From contig CAVYQE010000010.1 in the NCBI GenBank assembly GCA_963770565.1, positions 93,826 to 157,825 of the forward strand: a DNA stretch of 64,000 nucleotides, given 5' to 3'. A program made the position numbers and the translations under genes. The DNA is from an uncultured Actinomycetota bacterium. Its GTDB lineage: Bacteria > Actinomycetota > Actinomycetes > JAFAQI01. Below are positions 32,702-42,124 of this stretch, one piece after another. A model generated the notes under the pieces. That model was not told the DNA's origin and searched no databases. It was given only the letters and a program-made list of their open reading frames with translations. Position 1 is the first letter of the stretch; every line of letters begins with the position of its first letter.

Positions 32702-33679
32702 TCAGATCGATGGACCGGCAGCCGGTGGATCGCCTTCAGCCTGTTGGGCCTCGAGCTGGTCCAACCATCGGTTGATCCCGTTGATGTTCGCCGCGGTCGA
32801 GCTGAGGAACTCGAACTTCTCGTCGAGCTCAGGGGCGCGCTCCAGCCCCCAGTAACGCTGGGCGGTCCGCTCCCGCAGCATGGTCACCGCGTGATCAAGA
32901 TCGAGCGCGTCCACCCGGGTTTCGCGCACCATGTCGACCCAGCTGCGCAGTTCCTCGGCCGCCTCCTCGAGCGCGGACCCGACCTGGTTCACCGGCCCGA
33001 AGTGGCTGAACAACAGCCGCTGCGGCGCAATGTCGGCGAAGTGCCGGAGCGAGTGCAGGGCAAGATCGAGGTCGAAGTCCGGTGGCGGCGTGGAGGGCCG
33101 GATCGCGCCGGTCTCGGGGATGAAGATCCCGGCGGCGTCTCCGACGTACAGGTCCCCGCTGACCGAGTCGAGCAGTCCGACGTGATGCTGGGCGTGACCC
33201 GGCGAGTAGTACGTTGTCAGCTTTCGCCCGCCGCCGAGGTCGATCTCCCCGACCTCGTCCACCGCCCGGATCCGGTCCGCTTCGGTCGCGGTCAGTGCCC
33301 CGAACACGGTGTCCATCAGGTCGCCGAAGACCCGCCTCGCGCTGGCCATCAACTTGCTGGGGTCAGCCAGGTGTCTGGCGCCGCGCTGATGAACGACGAT
33401 CTGGGCCGACGGGTACGCCGCGGCGAGGTCGCCGACCCCGCCGGCGTGGTCGAGGTGGATGTGGGTCACCGCGATCGTCGCAAGATCGTTCGCACCGATC
33501 CCGAGTGAGTCCAGCGCGCGTTGCACCTGCGGTGCCGACCGGGCCGTACCGGTCTCGACCAGGCACGGGCGCTCGCCGGCGATGAGATAACCCGCGGTGA
33601 TGCCCTGGTAGCCCGACATCAGCGTGTCGATGGCATGTACGTCGTGGCCGAGCTCGGTGGTGACGACCTCGCTGTCCAC
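32702..33679 (-). CDS. MBL-fold metallo-hydrolase
   Basis: Contains the HxHxDH motif (VTHIHLDHAGG). GTG 33679 is preceded by GGAGGGA, and the upstream extension to 33802 was rejected. Confidence 0.75.
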   Translation of the reverse strand: MDSEVVTTELGHDVHAIDTLMSGYQGITAGYLIAGERPCLVETGTARSAPQVQRALDSLGIGANDLATIAVTHIHLDHAGGVGDLAAAYPSAQIVVHQRGARHLADPSKLMASARRVFGDLMDTVFGALTATEADRIRAVDEVGEIDLGGGRKLTTYYSPGHAQHHVGLLDSVSGDLYVGDAAGIFIPETGAIRPSTPPPDFDLDLALHSLRHFADIAPQRLLFSHFGPVNQVGSALEEAAEELRSWVDMVRETRVDALDLDHAVTMLRERTAQRYWGLERAPELDEKFEFLSSTAANINGINRWLDQLEAQQAEGDPPAAGPSI

Positions 33680-33800
33680 AGCCGCTCCCTCCGCCCGCTC
33701 CGTCCACAACCTCGCGCGCTCGCGCCTGCGTGGCGCGTCAATCGCCGATCCTAGGCAGGCGCCACAACGACGCACGGCGGAGACGGGGGAGGTGGGATGC

Positions 33801-34247
33801 ATGGCGGCACGAACCGGTCAGCGACCGAAGCTGGCGACCCCAACGGCGGAGACGCCGCGATCGGTGAGCGTGGCCGAGGGGCATCGCAACGAAGTGACGG
33901 TGTGCGGTCGGCTCGCGGCCGCAGCGTTGCCGAAGGTGCTGCCGAGCGGCGACGAGATCGTGATCTGGCGGCTGGTGGTCGATCGCGCGGATCAGGCCGG
34001 TGCGCGCCGGGTGGATCTGGTCGACTGCACCACGTTCGGCGCCCGGGTGCGGCGGCAGGCGCTCGGCTGGCAGGAGGGTGACCTGATCGAAGTGTCGGGC
34101 GCGCTACGCCGCCGCTTCTGGCGGGGCGCCGGCGGCCTGCAGAGCCGATGCGAGGTCGAGGTTGCCACCGCGAGCAAGCGCGCCGCTCCGCGACCGGGCC
34201 GGGCGCGCGAGCCGGCCAGGATCAGCCGTCGGCGAAAGCCCGAATGA
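33801..34247 (+). CDS. small OB-fold, single-stranded-DNA-binding-protein-like protein
   Basis: ATG 33801 follows GGGGGAGG. The pattern NEVTVCGRL ... WRLVVDR ... VDCTTFGARVRRQA ... GDLIEVSGALRRRFWR is typical of short actinobacterial SSB-like proteins. Confidence 0.55.
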   Translation: MAARTGQRPKLATPTAETPRSVSVAEGHRNEVTVCGRLAAAALPKVLPSGDEIVIWRLVVDRADQAGARRVDLVDCTTFGARVRRQALGWQEGDLIEVSGALRRRFWRGAGGLQSRCEVEVATASKRAAPRPGRAREPARISRRRKPE

Positions 34248-35526
34248 GCAGCCCGGTGGCCGGCTTCGGGACGAACAGGGTGGACTTGCGCGGCATCCGC
34301 TCACCGGACGCCGCCACCGCAGCGACGTCCGAGACCGGTGTGGGGTTGAGCAAGAGGGCGATGCCGCCACCAGCCTCGGCAGCCGCGGTCGCGGACGCCA
34401 CATCGTGGTGGAACTCCACGATGTCCTCGCGATCGTCGAGTCCCCACAGTGTCCCGATCAGGAAACCGTGGGCGATCGCGACATCGAGCGCACGCCAGGC
34501 GGCCGAACGCTCCGACGGCAGTGCCGCGGCCAGTTGGGCCGGATCGGGTTTGGTGAGCAACCACGCCCGGGTGCCGTCGGTGACGACGAAGGCGGCACCG
34601 TCCAGCCCGGCCTTCGCGAGCGCGTCCTCGCTCGCCCGCAGCCCGCCGGTGAGCTCGGCCACTTCGAAGCCGGTCGAGGCGAGCTCGATCGCGCGGTCCG
34701 GCGCCAGCCCTGGTACGGCGCGATGGATCGCGTGCACCTGCGGGCCGAACGCCGACCCGTCGACGAGGAAGGCCAAGCCGAAGTCCCACGGGCCGGCGCC
34801 CGAGCCGTCGGCGTGCCGGACCGCCTGATACTGCAGGTAGGTCGCGTAGCGATGGTGCCCGTCAGCGATGACGGCTCGACGGTCGTGGAGGTCGTCGGCG
34901 ATCCCGGCCAGCAGCTCGGGGTCGGTAATCGCCCACAGCCGGTGCCGAACCCCGTCAGCGGTCGTGACGTCCACGAGCGGTTCGTCACGATCGACCTCGG
35001 CGACCGCGCGCCCGGTCGCACCGCCGCCGTCGTAGACCAGGAAGATCATTTCCAGGTCGGCTTCCGTCGACACCATGAGGGCCAGCCGGTCGGCGACCGG
35101 TCCGGCCATCGTGTTCTCGTGCGGCAGCACGATCGCGTCCTCGGCCGGGGTCAGCGCCACGCCGCCGACCACGCCGCGCTGCGTGTGGCCGTTGTCGCAC
35201 TGCTCGTACACGTAGAGGGCGGTCCGCTCGTCCGCCCGCAGCACTCCGGCCGCGCGCCACTGCGCCATCAACGCGCTCGCGACGGCGTACCGGCTGCCAC
35301 TGTCCGGCGCGCGGCCCGGCTCGTCCCGCGGAAGCGTCAGCCGCACCACGTTGTGCGGGTCCCGGGCCTCAAGCGCGCTGCGCTGGGCGTCGTCGATGAC
35401 GTCGTAGGGCGGCGCGAGCACGTTGGCCAGCGCGACCCGCGTCGGGTCATAGCGGAGCCCGCGAAACGGCGCGAGGATCAACCCGTCGGGACGGGGCAGC
35501 GGGTCGCCCGCATGGCTCGTGTCCAT
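34222..35526 (-). CDS. DUF1015 domain-containing protein
   Basis: The N-terminal LAPFRGLRYDP ... VLAPPYDVIDD signature is present. ATG 35526 was chosen because the 71-codon upstream extension is Arg/Ser/Pro-rich. The 3' end overlaps the convergent SSB-like gene by 26 nt. Confidence 0.7.
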   Translation of the reverse strand: MDTSHAGDPLPRPDGLILAPFRGLRYDPTRVALANVLAPPYDVIDDAQRSALEARDPHNVVRLTLPRDEPGRAPDSGSRYAVASALMAQWRAAGVLRADERTALYVYEQCDNGHTQRGVVGGVALTPAEDAIVLPHENTMAGPVADRLALMVSTEADLEMIFLVYDGGGATGRAVAEVDRDEPLVDVTTADGVRHRLWAITDPELLAGIADDLHDRRAVIADGHHRYATYLQYQAVRHADGSGAGPWDFGLAFLVDGSAFGPQVHAIHRAVPGLAPDRAIELASTGFEVAELTGGLRASEDALAKAGLDGAAFVVTDGTRAWLLTKPDPAQLAAALPSERSAAWRALDVAIAHGFLIGTLWGLDDREDIVEFHHDVASATAAAEAGGGIALLLNPTPVSDVAAVAASGERMPRKSTLFVPKPATGLLIRAFADG

Positions 35527-35635
35527 ATCGGCGATGCTACGGCGAGGCTCGTGGTCCAGCGCCGGCCCGATCGGTCGGCCGTGGTCCCCGCCCGCGTGGC
35601 GAGCAGAGACGCCTCTGCGGAAGGCGGAAGAAGGT

Positions 35636-36712
35636 GTGGTGACGGTGGCCGACCCGGTCGTTCCGCCCGGCCTGGTCGCCAGCGGCGGTCGCCTCGACAG
35701 CCGGCACGACCTCCTGCTGGTCGACCTCGACGGCGTCATCTACCTCGGCGAGGACCCGATTCCGGGCGCCGCCGAGGCACTCGGCGAGGCACGCCGAGCC
35801 GGCCTTCGAGTGATCTTCGTGACCAACAACGCCTCACGGCCGCCCGAAGCGGTGGCCGAAAAGCTGACCGGACTTGGGGTGTCCGCACAACCCGGCGAGG
35901 TCATGACATCGGCCGTCGCAGCAGCCGAAGTCCTCGCTGGCGACCTCGCGCCCGGTGCCGCCGTCCTCGCGGTCGGCGGGCCTGGGGTCGCCGACGCGCT
36001 CAGTGCCGCCGGTCTGCGAGCGGTGAGCAGCGCCGAGGACCGTCCGGCGGCGGTGCTGCAAGGGTTCGGCGCCGACGTGGGCTGGCGGGTGCTCGCCGAG
36101 GCGAGCATCGCGCTTCGCGCCGGCGCGCGCTGGGTGGCCACCAACGACGACAAGACGCTGCCCTCGCCACGGGGTCCGCTGCCCGGCAACGGTTCGCTGG
36201 TCGCCGCACTGCAGACTGCCACCGGGCTTCGCCCGCAGGTGATCGGGAAGCCCGCACCAGCGCTGTTCGGTGCGGCCCTGCGGGCCGGCGGCGGCAAACG
36301 TCCATTGGTGATCGGCGACCGGCTCGACACCGACATCGCCGGGGCCCGCGTGGCCGGACTGCCCTCGCTGCTCGTCCTGAGCGGGGTCGCGACCCCGAAG
36401 GACCTGCTCGGCGCCGATCCGGCATCGCGACCGAACTACCTCGGGCGCGACCTGCGCGCACTGGGCCTCGGCCATCCCGGCGTACGAGTCGAAGGCGGCG
36501 TCGCGTTCTGCGGCCGGGCTCGCGCGCACGGCAGCGCCGGCCAGCCGGCCATCGACAATGCAGCGGACTCGGCCGCCGCGACCTCACCGGACGGGCTCGA
36601 CGGCCTGCGCGCGCTGTGCGCGCTCGCCTGGTCAGAGGCCGGCGATGACCGCCTGCCGGACGATCGGATCAGCAAGTACGACGAAGCCCTCCACGGGCTC
36701 GGCCTGGACTGA
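35636..36712 (+). CDS. HAD-IIA family hydrolase (NagD-like phosphatase)
   Basis: Contains HAD motif I (LLLVDLDGVIY), VIFVTNNASR and the GDRLDTDI motif. The start is GTG 35636 or 35639, after GGAAGAAGG. Confidence 0.75.
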   Translation: MVTVADPVVPPGLVASGGRLDSRHDLLLVDLDGVIYLGEDPIPGAAEALGEARRAGLRVIFVTNNASRPPEAVAEKLTGLGVSAQPGEVMTSAVAAAEVLAGDLAPGAAVLAVGGPGVADALSAAGLRAVSSAEDRPAAVLQGFGADVGWRVLAEASIALRAGARWVATNDDKTLPSPRGPLPGNGSLVAALQTATGLRPQVIGKPAPALFGAALRAGGGKRPLVIGDRLDTDIAGARVAGLPSLLVLSGVATPKDLLGADPASRPNYLGRDLRALGLGHPGVRVEGGVAFCGRARAHGSAGQPAIDNAADSAAATSPDGLDGLRALCALAWSEAGDDRLPDDRISKYDEALHGLGLD

Positions 36713-36730
36713 CCTCGGCGATCGGGCCGC

Positions 36731-37093
36731 TCAGATCAGGCCGAGGAAGGACCGCAGTCGGAGCATGTCCCGCATCGGCGCAGAAACCTGGACCCGCCCT
36801 CGCAGCCACGCGGTGAGGAAGTCCTGGCGACCGTCGGCGAGGTCGACGAGATCGTCGCTGTGCACCACGATCCGTACGTCGGCCGATCCCTGGGCCGGGT
36901 CGGCACTGTCGTGCTGCGTGATGTCATGAACCCCGGTCTCGTCCACCAACGCGCTGAAAGAGACGTGAAGGTCAGGCACGGTGCACGACACCGACCGGCG
37001 CGGCAGGTGCCGGGACCGGCTTTCGGCATCCAGACCGTCCAGCGAGGCGGCGAGACCGTTAAGGGCGGCCCGGCACTGCTTAACCGTCGCCAT
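36731..37093 (-). CDS. SCP2 sterol-binding-domain protein
   Basis: 120 aa, with a C-terminal ... FLTAWLRGRVQVSAPMRDMLRLRSFLG pattern typical of SCP2-fold proteins. The start is ATG 37093. Confidence 0.55.
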   Translation of the reverse strand: MATVKQCRAALNGLAASLDGLDAESRSRHLPRRSVSCTVPDLHVSFSALVDETGVHDITQHDSADPAQGSADVRIVVHSDDLVDLADGRQDFLTAWLRGRVQVSAPMRDMLRLRSFLGLI

Positions 37094-37199
37094 CTCAGGT
37101 GCCGACCGTTGGGCTCGGCATTGGCCACACGGCACGCGACGTTAGCGCACGAGCGCCCGGAGGTCGGATAGCGTCGCGGCGATGGAGGATCAGGTGGGC

Positions 37200-37361
37200 A
37201 TGCCAGAGCAGACCGAGTCGACCGGTGTGACGGCCGCGGACTCCGCGCTCGCACGGCTGCAGGACGTCGAGACGGCGCCGTTGGAGGAGCACGTCGAGAT
37301 CTTCGACGATGTCCAGCGGCGGCTGCACGAGGGACTGGCCGAACTCGACGACGAGCAGTGA
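37200..37361 (+). CDS. small acidic conserved hypothetical protein (53 aa), not in the supplied ORF track
   Basis: GGAGGA (37183-37188) precedes ATG 37200. Translation: MPEQTESTGVTAADSALARLQDVETAPLEEHVEIFDDVQRRLHEGLAELDDEQ. The stop lies 1 nt before the tlyA ATG. Confidence 0.5.
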   Translation: MPEQTESTGVTAADSALARLQDVETAPLEEHVEIFDDVQRRLHEGLAELDDEQ

Positions 37362-37362
37362 C

Positions 37363-38156
<794 letters not shown>

Positions 38157-38160
<4 letters not shown>

Positions 38161-39059
38161 GCCCCACAACGAGCGAGGAGTCGCGGGCGGTCCTCCTCGT
38201 CGCACATGCCCGGCGCCAGTCGGCGATCGACGTCGCCCGCGACCTGTCCCGTCAGCTGTGTGCGGCCGGTGTTTCGGTCCGGGTGCTGGAGGACGAGGCC
38301 GCGATCCTCGACTGCGCGGGCACCTTCACGGTGCCCAGCGGGCCGCAGGCCGCCGAGGGAGCCGAGCTGGTGGTGGCGCTCGGTGGCGACGGGACGATCC
38401 TTCGCGCCGCCGAGCTGGCGCGCTCGAGCGGCACACCGCTGCTCGGGGTGAACCTCGGCCACGTCGGCTTCCTGGCCGAGGCCGACCCGCTCGCCATCGA
38501 CGTGACCGCGCAACTGATCCTCTCCCGCGACTACGACGTCGAGGAGCGGCTGGCCCTCGACGTCGCGGTGCGGCGGGCCGGCGAGATCGTGATCAGCGAC
38601 TGGGCGCTCAACGACGTCTCGGTGGAGAAAGCCGCTCGCGAGCACGTCATCACGATTGTTCTCGAGATCGATGGCCGGCCGCTGTCGCGCTGGTCCTGCG
38701 ACGGGATTGTGTGCGCAACGCCGACCGGGTCGACGGCGTACGCGTTCTCGGCCGGCGGGCCGGTCGTTTGGCCGTCGGTGCAAGCCTTGCTCGTCGTACC
38801 GCTGAGTGCCCACGCCCTGTTCTCCCGCCCGCTGGTCGTGTCGCCGGCGTCCACCGTGGCGATCGAGATGACCGACGGTGGCGGGCGTGGCGTGATGTTC
38901 TGCGATGGCCGGCGGACGCACGAGGTGCAGACCGGGGACCGGCTCGAGATCGTCCGCAGCGGTACGCCGGTCCGGCTGGTGCGACTGCGGACGGCACCGT
39001 TCACCGACCGCCTGGTGGACCGCTTCCAGCTCCCCGTGCAGGGCTGGAGCGGGCGCTGA
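38157..39059 (+). CDS. nadK: NAD kinase
   Basis: GTGA overlap with tlyA. Contains the GGDGT motif (VALGGDGTILRAA), NLGHVGFL and TPTGSTAYAFSAGGP. Confidence 0.9.
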
Positions 39060-39110
39060 GCCCGGCGGCGATCGCCGCCTTCCACAGCCGGCGGCGTGCC
39101 TAGCCACCGC

Positions 39111-39132
39111 TGTCGCTGGGCCACCGTAGGCT
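39111..39132 (+). promoter_or_regulatory. RecA-NDp-like (PafBC-type) DNA-damage promoter motif upstream of recN
   Basis: TGTCGCTG (39111-39118), an 8-nt spacer, then TAGGCT (39127-39132). This matches the mycobacterial motif tTGTCRgtg-N8-TAnnnT. The -10 ends 7 nt before the recN GTG. Confidence 0.5.
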
Positions 39133-39139
39133 CGGCATC

Positions 39140-40882
39140 GTGCTCGTTGAGCTGCGGTTGCGCGGGCTCGGCGCGATCGACGACGCCACGCTCGAGCTGG
39201 GGCCCGGATTCACCGCGGTGACCGGCGAGACCGGCGCGGGCAAGACGATGCTGCTCACCGGGCTGGCGCTGCTGCTCGGCGGACGAGCCGACCCCGCCTT
39301 AGTGCGGGCCGGTCATCCCCGCGCCGAGATCGAGGGCCGGTTCCGGATCGACCCGGCCGGCCCGGTCGCGGAGGTGGTGGAGGCCGCCGGGGGCGATCTC
39401 GACGGCGACGAGCTGCTGATCGCCCGCACAGTCGCAGCCGACGGCCGGTCCCGAGCCTTCCTCGGTGGCCGCGCCGTCCCGGCGGCGACGCTCGCTGGGC
39501 TCGCCGACGACCTGGTGACCGTGCACGGCCAGGCGGATCAGCGTGGCCTGCTGCGGCCCGGCGTCCAGCGCAGCGTGCTCGACGCGTACGCCGGCCAGGC
39601 CGCGGCCGAGCCGCTCGCGACCTACCGCGCGGCGTTTGCCGAGCTGGCCGCGGTCCGCGCGGAGCTCGACGAGGTGACCACCCATCGTCGCGAGCGCACG
39701 CTCGAGGCTGAGGGGTTGCGTCAGGGGCTGGCCGAGGTCGACGAGGTCGCGCCCGAGCTCGGCGAGGACGACGCGCTGCGCACCGAGGCGGCCCGGCTCT
39801 CGCACGGCGAGGCGCTGCGCACCGCGGCGGGCAGCGCGCACGACGCGCTGACCGGCAACTCGGAGGGCCCGGACGAACGGGTCGTCCTCGGCCTGCTCGG
39901 CTCGGCCCGCCACGATCTTGACGAAGTACGCGGGCACGATCCGGAGCTCGACGCGCTGGCCGGGCGGATCGCGGAGTCGTCGTACGCGCTGGCCGACGTA
40001 GCTGCGGACCTGGCGGCGTACGTCGACCGGCTCGAGACCGATCCGGCCCGGCTGGCAGCGGTCCAGGAACGGCTCAGCCGCCTGACCGCGTTGACCCGGC
40101 GCTATGCCGCCGACATCGGGGGAGTGCAGGCGTGGGCCGCGCAGGCTCGTGAGCGGCTGGCGATGCTCGACGACGACGACACCCGGGTCCAGGAGCTGAC
40201 CGCGCAGCGCGACCAGGTGCTCTCGACCCTCACCGCCGCTGCCTCGGCGGTATCCGACGCCCGGACCGCCGCGGCCCGCCGGCTCGAGACCGAGGTCTGC
40301 GGCGAGCTGGCCGGCCTGGCGATGGCCGATGCCTCCCTGCCGGTGCTGGTCAGCCAGCGCGACGACCCGCACGGCTTGGCCATTGCCGATCGGCGGGTGG
40401 CGTTCGGTCCCTGGGGCGTGGACGAGGTCGAGCTCCAACTGGTCGCGCACGCCGGTGCACCGGTCCGCCCACTGCACCGGGGTGCCTCGGGCGGCGAGCT
40501 CTCGCGAGTGATGCTCGCGGTCGAGATCGTGCTGGCCGGCGTCGACGGCGTCCCGGCGTTCATCTTCGACGAGGTCGACGCGGGCGTTGGCGGGCGGGCC
40601 GCGATCGAGGTGGGCAAGCGGCTGGCGAGCCTGGCCAGAGGCGCGCAGGTGATCGTGGTGACCCACCTGCCGCAGGTGGCCGCCTTCGCCGACCGGCACG
40701 TGGTCGTGGCGAAGACCGACGCCGGCCTGGTGACATCGACCGCGGTCGACCTCGTCGACGGGCAGGCCCGGCTGCGCGAGCTGTCCCGCATGCTCGGCGG
40801 GCTCGAGGACTCGGCGCTCGCCCACGACCACGCCGAGGAGCTGCTGGCGACTGCCGCCGCGGCGAAATCCAGCCGGTCATGA
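39140..40882 (+). CDS. recN: DNA repair protein RecN
   Basis: Has an SMC-like Walker A (VTGETGAGKT), a long coiled-coil middle, a signature motif (ASGGELSRVMLA) and a Walker B (FIFDEVDAGVGG). Confidence 0.92.
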   Translation: MLVELRLRGLGAIDDATLELGPGFTAVTGETGAGKTMLLTGLALLLGGRADPALVRAGHPRAEIEGRFRIDPAGPVAEVVEAAGGDLDGDELLIARTVAADGRSRAFLGGRAVPAATLAGLADDLVTVHGQADQRGLLRPGVQRSVLDAYAGQAAAEPLATYRAAFAELAAVRAELDEVTTHRRERTLEAEGLRQGLAEVDEVAPELGEDDALRTEAARLSHGEALRTAAGSAHDALTGNSEGPDERVVLGLLGSARHDLDEVRGHDPELDALAGRIAESSYALADVAADLAAYVDRLETDPARLAAVQERLSRLTALTRRYAADIGGVQAWAAQARERLAMLDDDDTRVQELTAQRDQVLSTLTAAASAVSDARTAAARRLETEVCGELAGLAMADASLPVLVSQRDDPHGLAIADRRVAFGPWGVDEVELQLVAHAGAPVRPLHRGASGGELSRVMLAVEIVLAGVDGVPAFIFDEVDAGVGGRAAIEVGKRLASLARGAQVIVVTHLPQVAAFADRHVVVAKTDAGLVTSTAVDLVDGQARLRELSRMLGGLEDSALAHDHAEELLATAAAAKSSRS

Positions 40883-40939
40883 CGGCGCAGCGACGATGCC
40901 AGGCGCCATGACGACCGCGCTCTGGCAGACTTCGAAGCG

Positions 40940-42124
40940 ATGAGGCTTGCCACCCTGAGGCGGACCCGCGCCGGCGACGATCCGCCGGGCGTGGTCGGGC
41001 CCGTGCGCCTCGACCGCCGGACCAAGACTCTGACCCGCCGGCTGCGCCCCGGCGACGTCGCGGTCATCGACCATGTCGACCTCGACCGGCTGGCCGCGGA
41101 AGCCCTGCTGGCCTGCCAGGTCGCGGCCGTCGTCAACGTCGCTCCCAGCGTCTCGGGCCGCTATCCCAACCTCGGCCCGAGCATCCTCGTCGCCGCCGGC
41201 GTACCGCTGATCGACGACGTCGGGCCCGAGGCATTCGGCCAGCTGCGCGAGGGCGACCAGGTGCGGTTGTTCCAGGACACCGTCTTCGCCCTGGACGGGC
41301 GGGTGCTTGCGAAGGGCGCCGAGCAGAGCGTCGAGAGCGTGGCGCTCGCGATGGCCGACGCGCGAGAGGGCCTGTCCACCCAGCTCGAGGCGTTCGCGTC
41401 GAACACGATGGAATACCTCCGGCGCGAACGCGACCTGCTGCTCGACGGCGTCGGTGTGCCCGACATCAAGACCAACCTCGAGGGCCGCCACGTCCTGGTC
41501 GTGGTCCGCGGCTACACCTACCGCGAGGATCTGGTCGCGCTCCGGCACTACGTCCGCGAATACAAGCCGATGCTGATCGGTGTCGACGGCGGCGCGGACG
41601 CGCTGCTCGAGCGCGGCCTCAAACCGCACCTGATCGTCGGCGACATGGACTCCGTCAGTGACAGCGCGCTGCGCTGTGGTGCGGAGGTGGTCGTCCACGC
41701 CTACCGCGATGGCACCGCACCGGGCCTGGAGCGGGTGCAGGAGCTCGGGATCACACCGGTCGTGTTCCCGGCGGCCGGCACGAGCGAGGACGTCGCGCTC
41801 CTGTTGGCCGACGACAAGGGTGCCGCGCTGATTGTCGCGGTCGGCACGCACGCGACCCTCGTGGAGTTCCTCGACAAGGGCCGGGCCGGGATGGCGAGCA
41901 CCTTCCTCACCCGGCTGCGGGTCGGCGGCAAGCTGGTCGACGCCAAAGGCGTGAGCCGGCTGTATCGCAGCCGGATTCCGGTGACGACCCTGATCCTGCT
42001 GGTGCTCGCGACCGCGATCGCGTTCGCGGTCGCGCTGTACGTCACGCCCGGCGGCGCGCTCTACCGGGAATACTTCGCCACCGACTGGGACCACTTCACC
42101 CGTTGGATCCACGGGCTGCTGTGA
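40940..42124 (+). CDS. steA: SteA-like putative cytokinetic protein (thiamine-pyrophosphokinase-like fold, C-terminal TM helix)
   Basis: About 394 aa, with the GDMDSV motif and a C-terminal hydrophobic helix (TLILLVLATAIAFAVALYV). It sits after recN, as in Corynebacteriales. Confidence 0.65.
   Translation: MRLATLRRTRAGDDPPGVVGPVRLDRRTKTLTRRLRPGDVAVIDHVDLDRLAAEALLACQVAAVVNVAPSVSGRYPNLGPSILVAAGVPLIDDVGPEAFGQLREGDQVRLFQDTVFALDGRVLAKGAEQSVESVALAMADAREGLSTQLEAFASNTMEYLRRERDLLLDGVGVPDIKTNLEGRHVLVVVRGYTYREDLVALRHYVREYKPMLIGVDGGADALLERGLKPHLIVGDMDSVSDSALRCGAEVVVHAYRDGTAPGLERVQELGITPVVFPAAGTSEDVALLLADDKGAALIVAVGTHATLVEFLDKGRAGMASTFLTRLRVGGKLVDAKGVSRLYRSRIPVTTLILLVLATAIAFAVALYVTPGGALYREYFATDWDHFTRWIHGLL

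Noticed and set aside
34222-34247. A 26-nt convergent overlap of the SSB-like gene and the DUF1015 gene.
   Set aside because: Short 3'-3' overlaps are common in compact high-GC genomes, and there is no evidence of a functional element.
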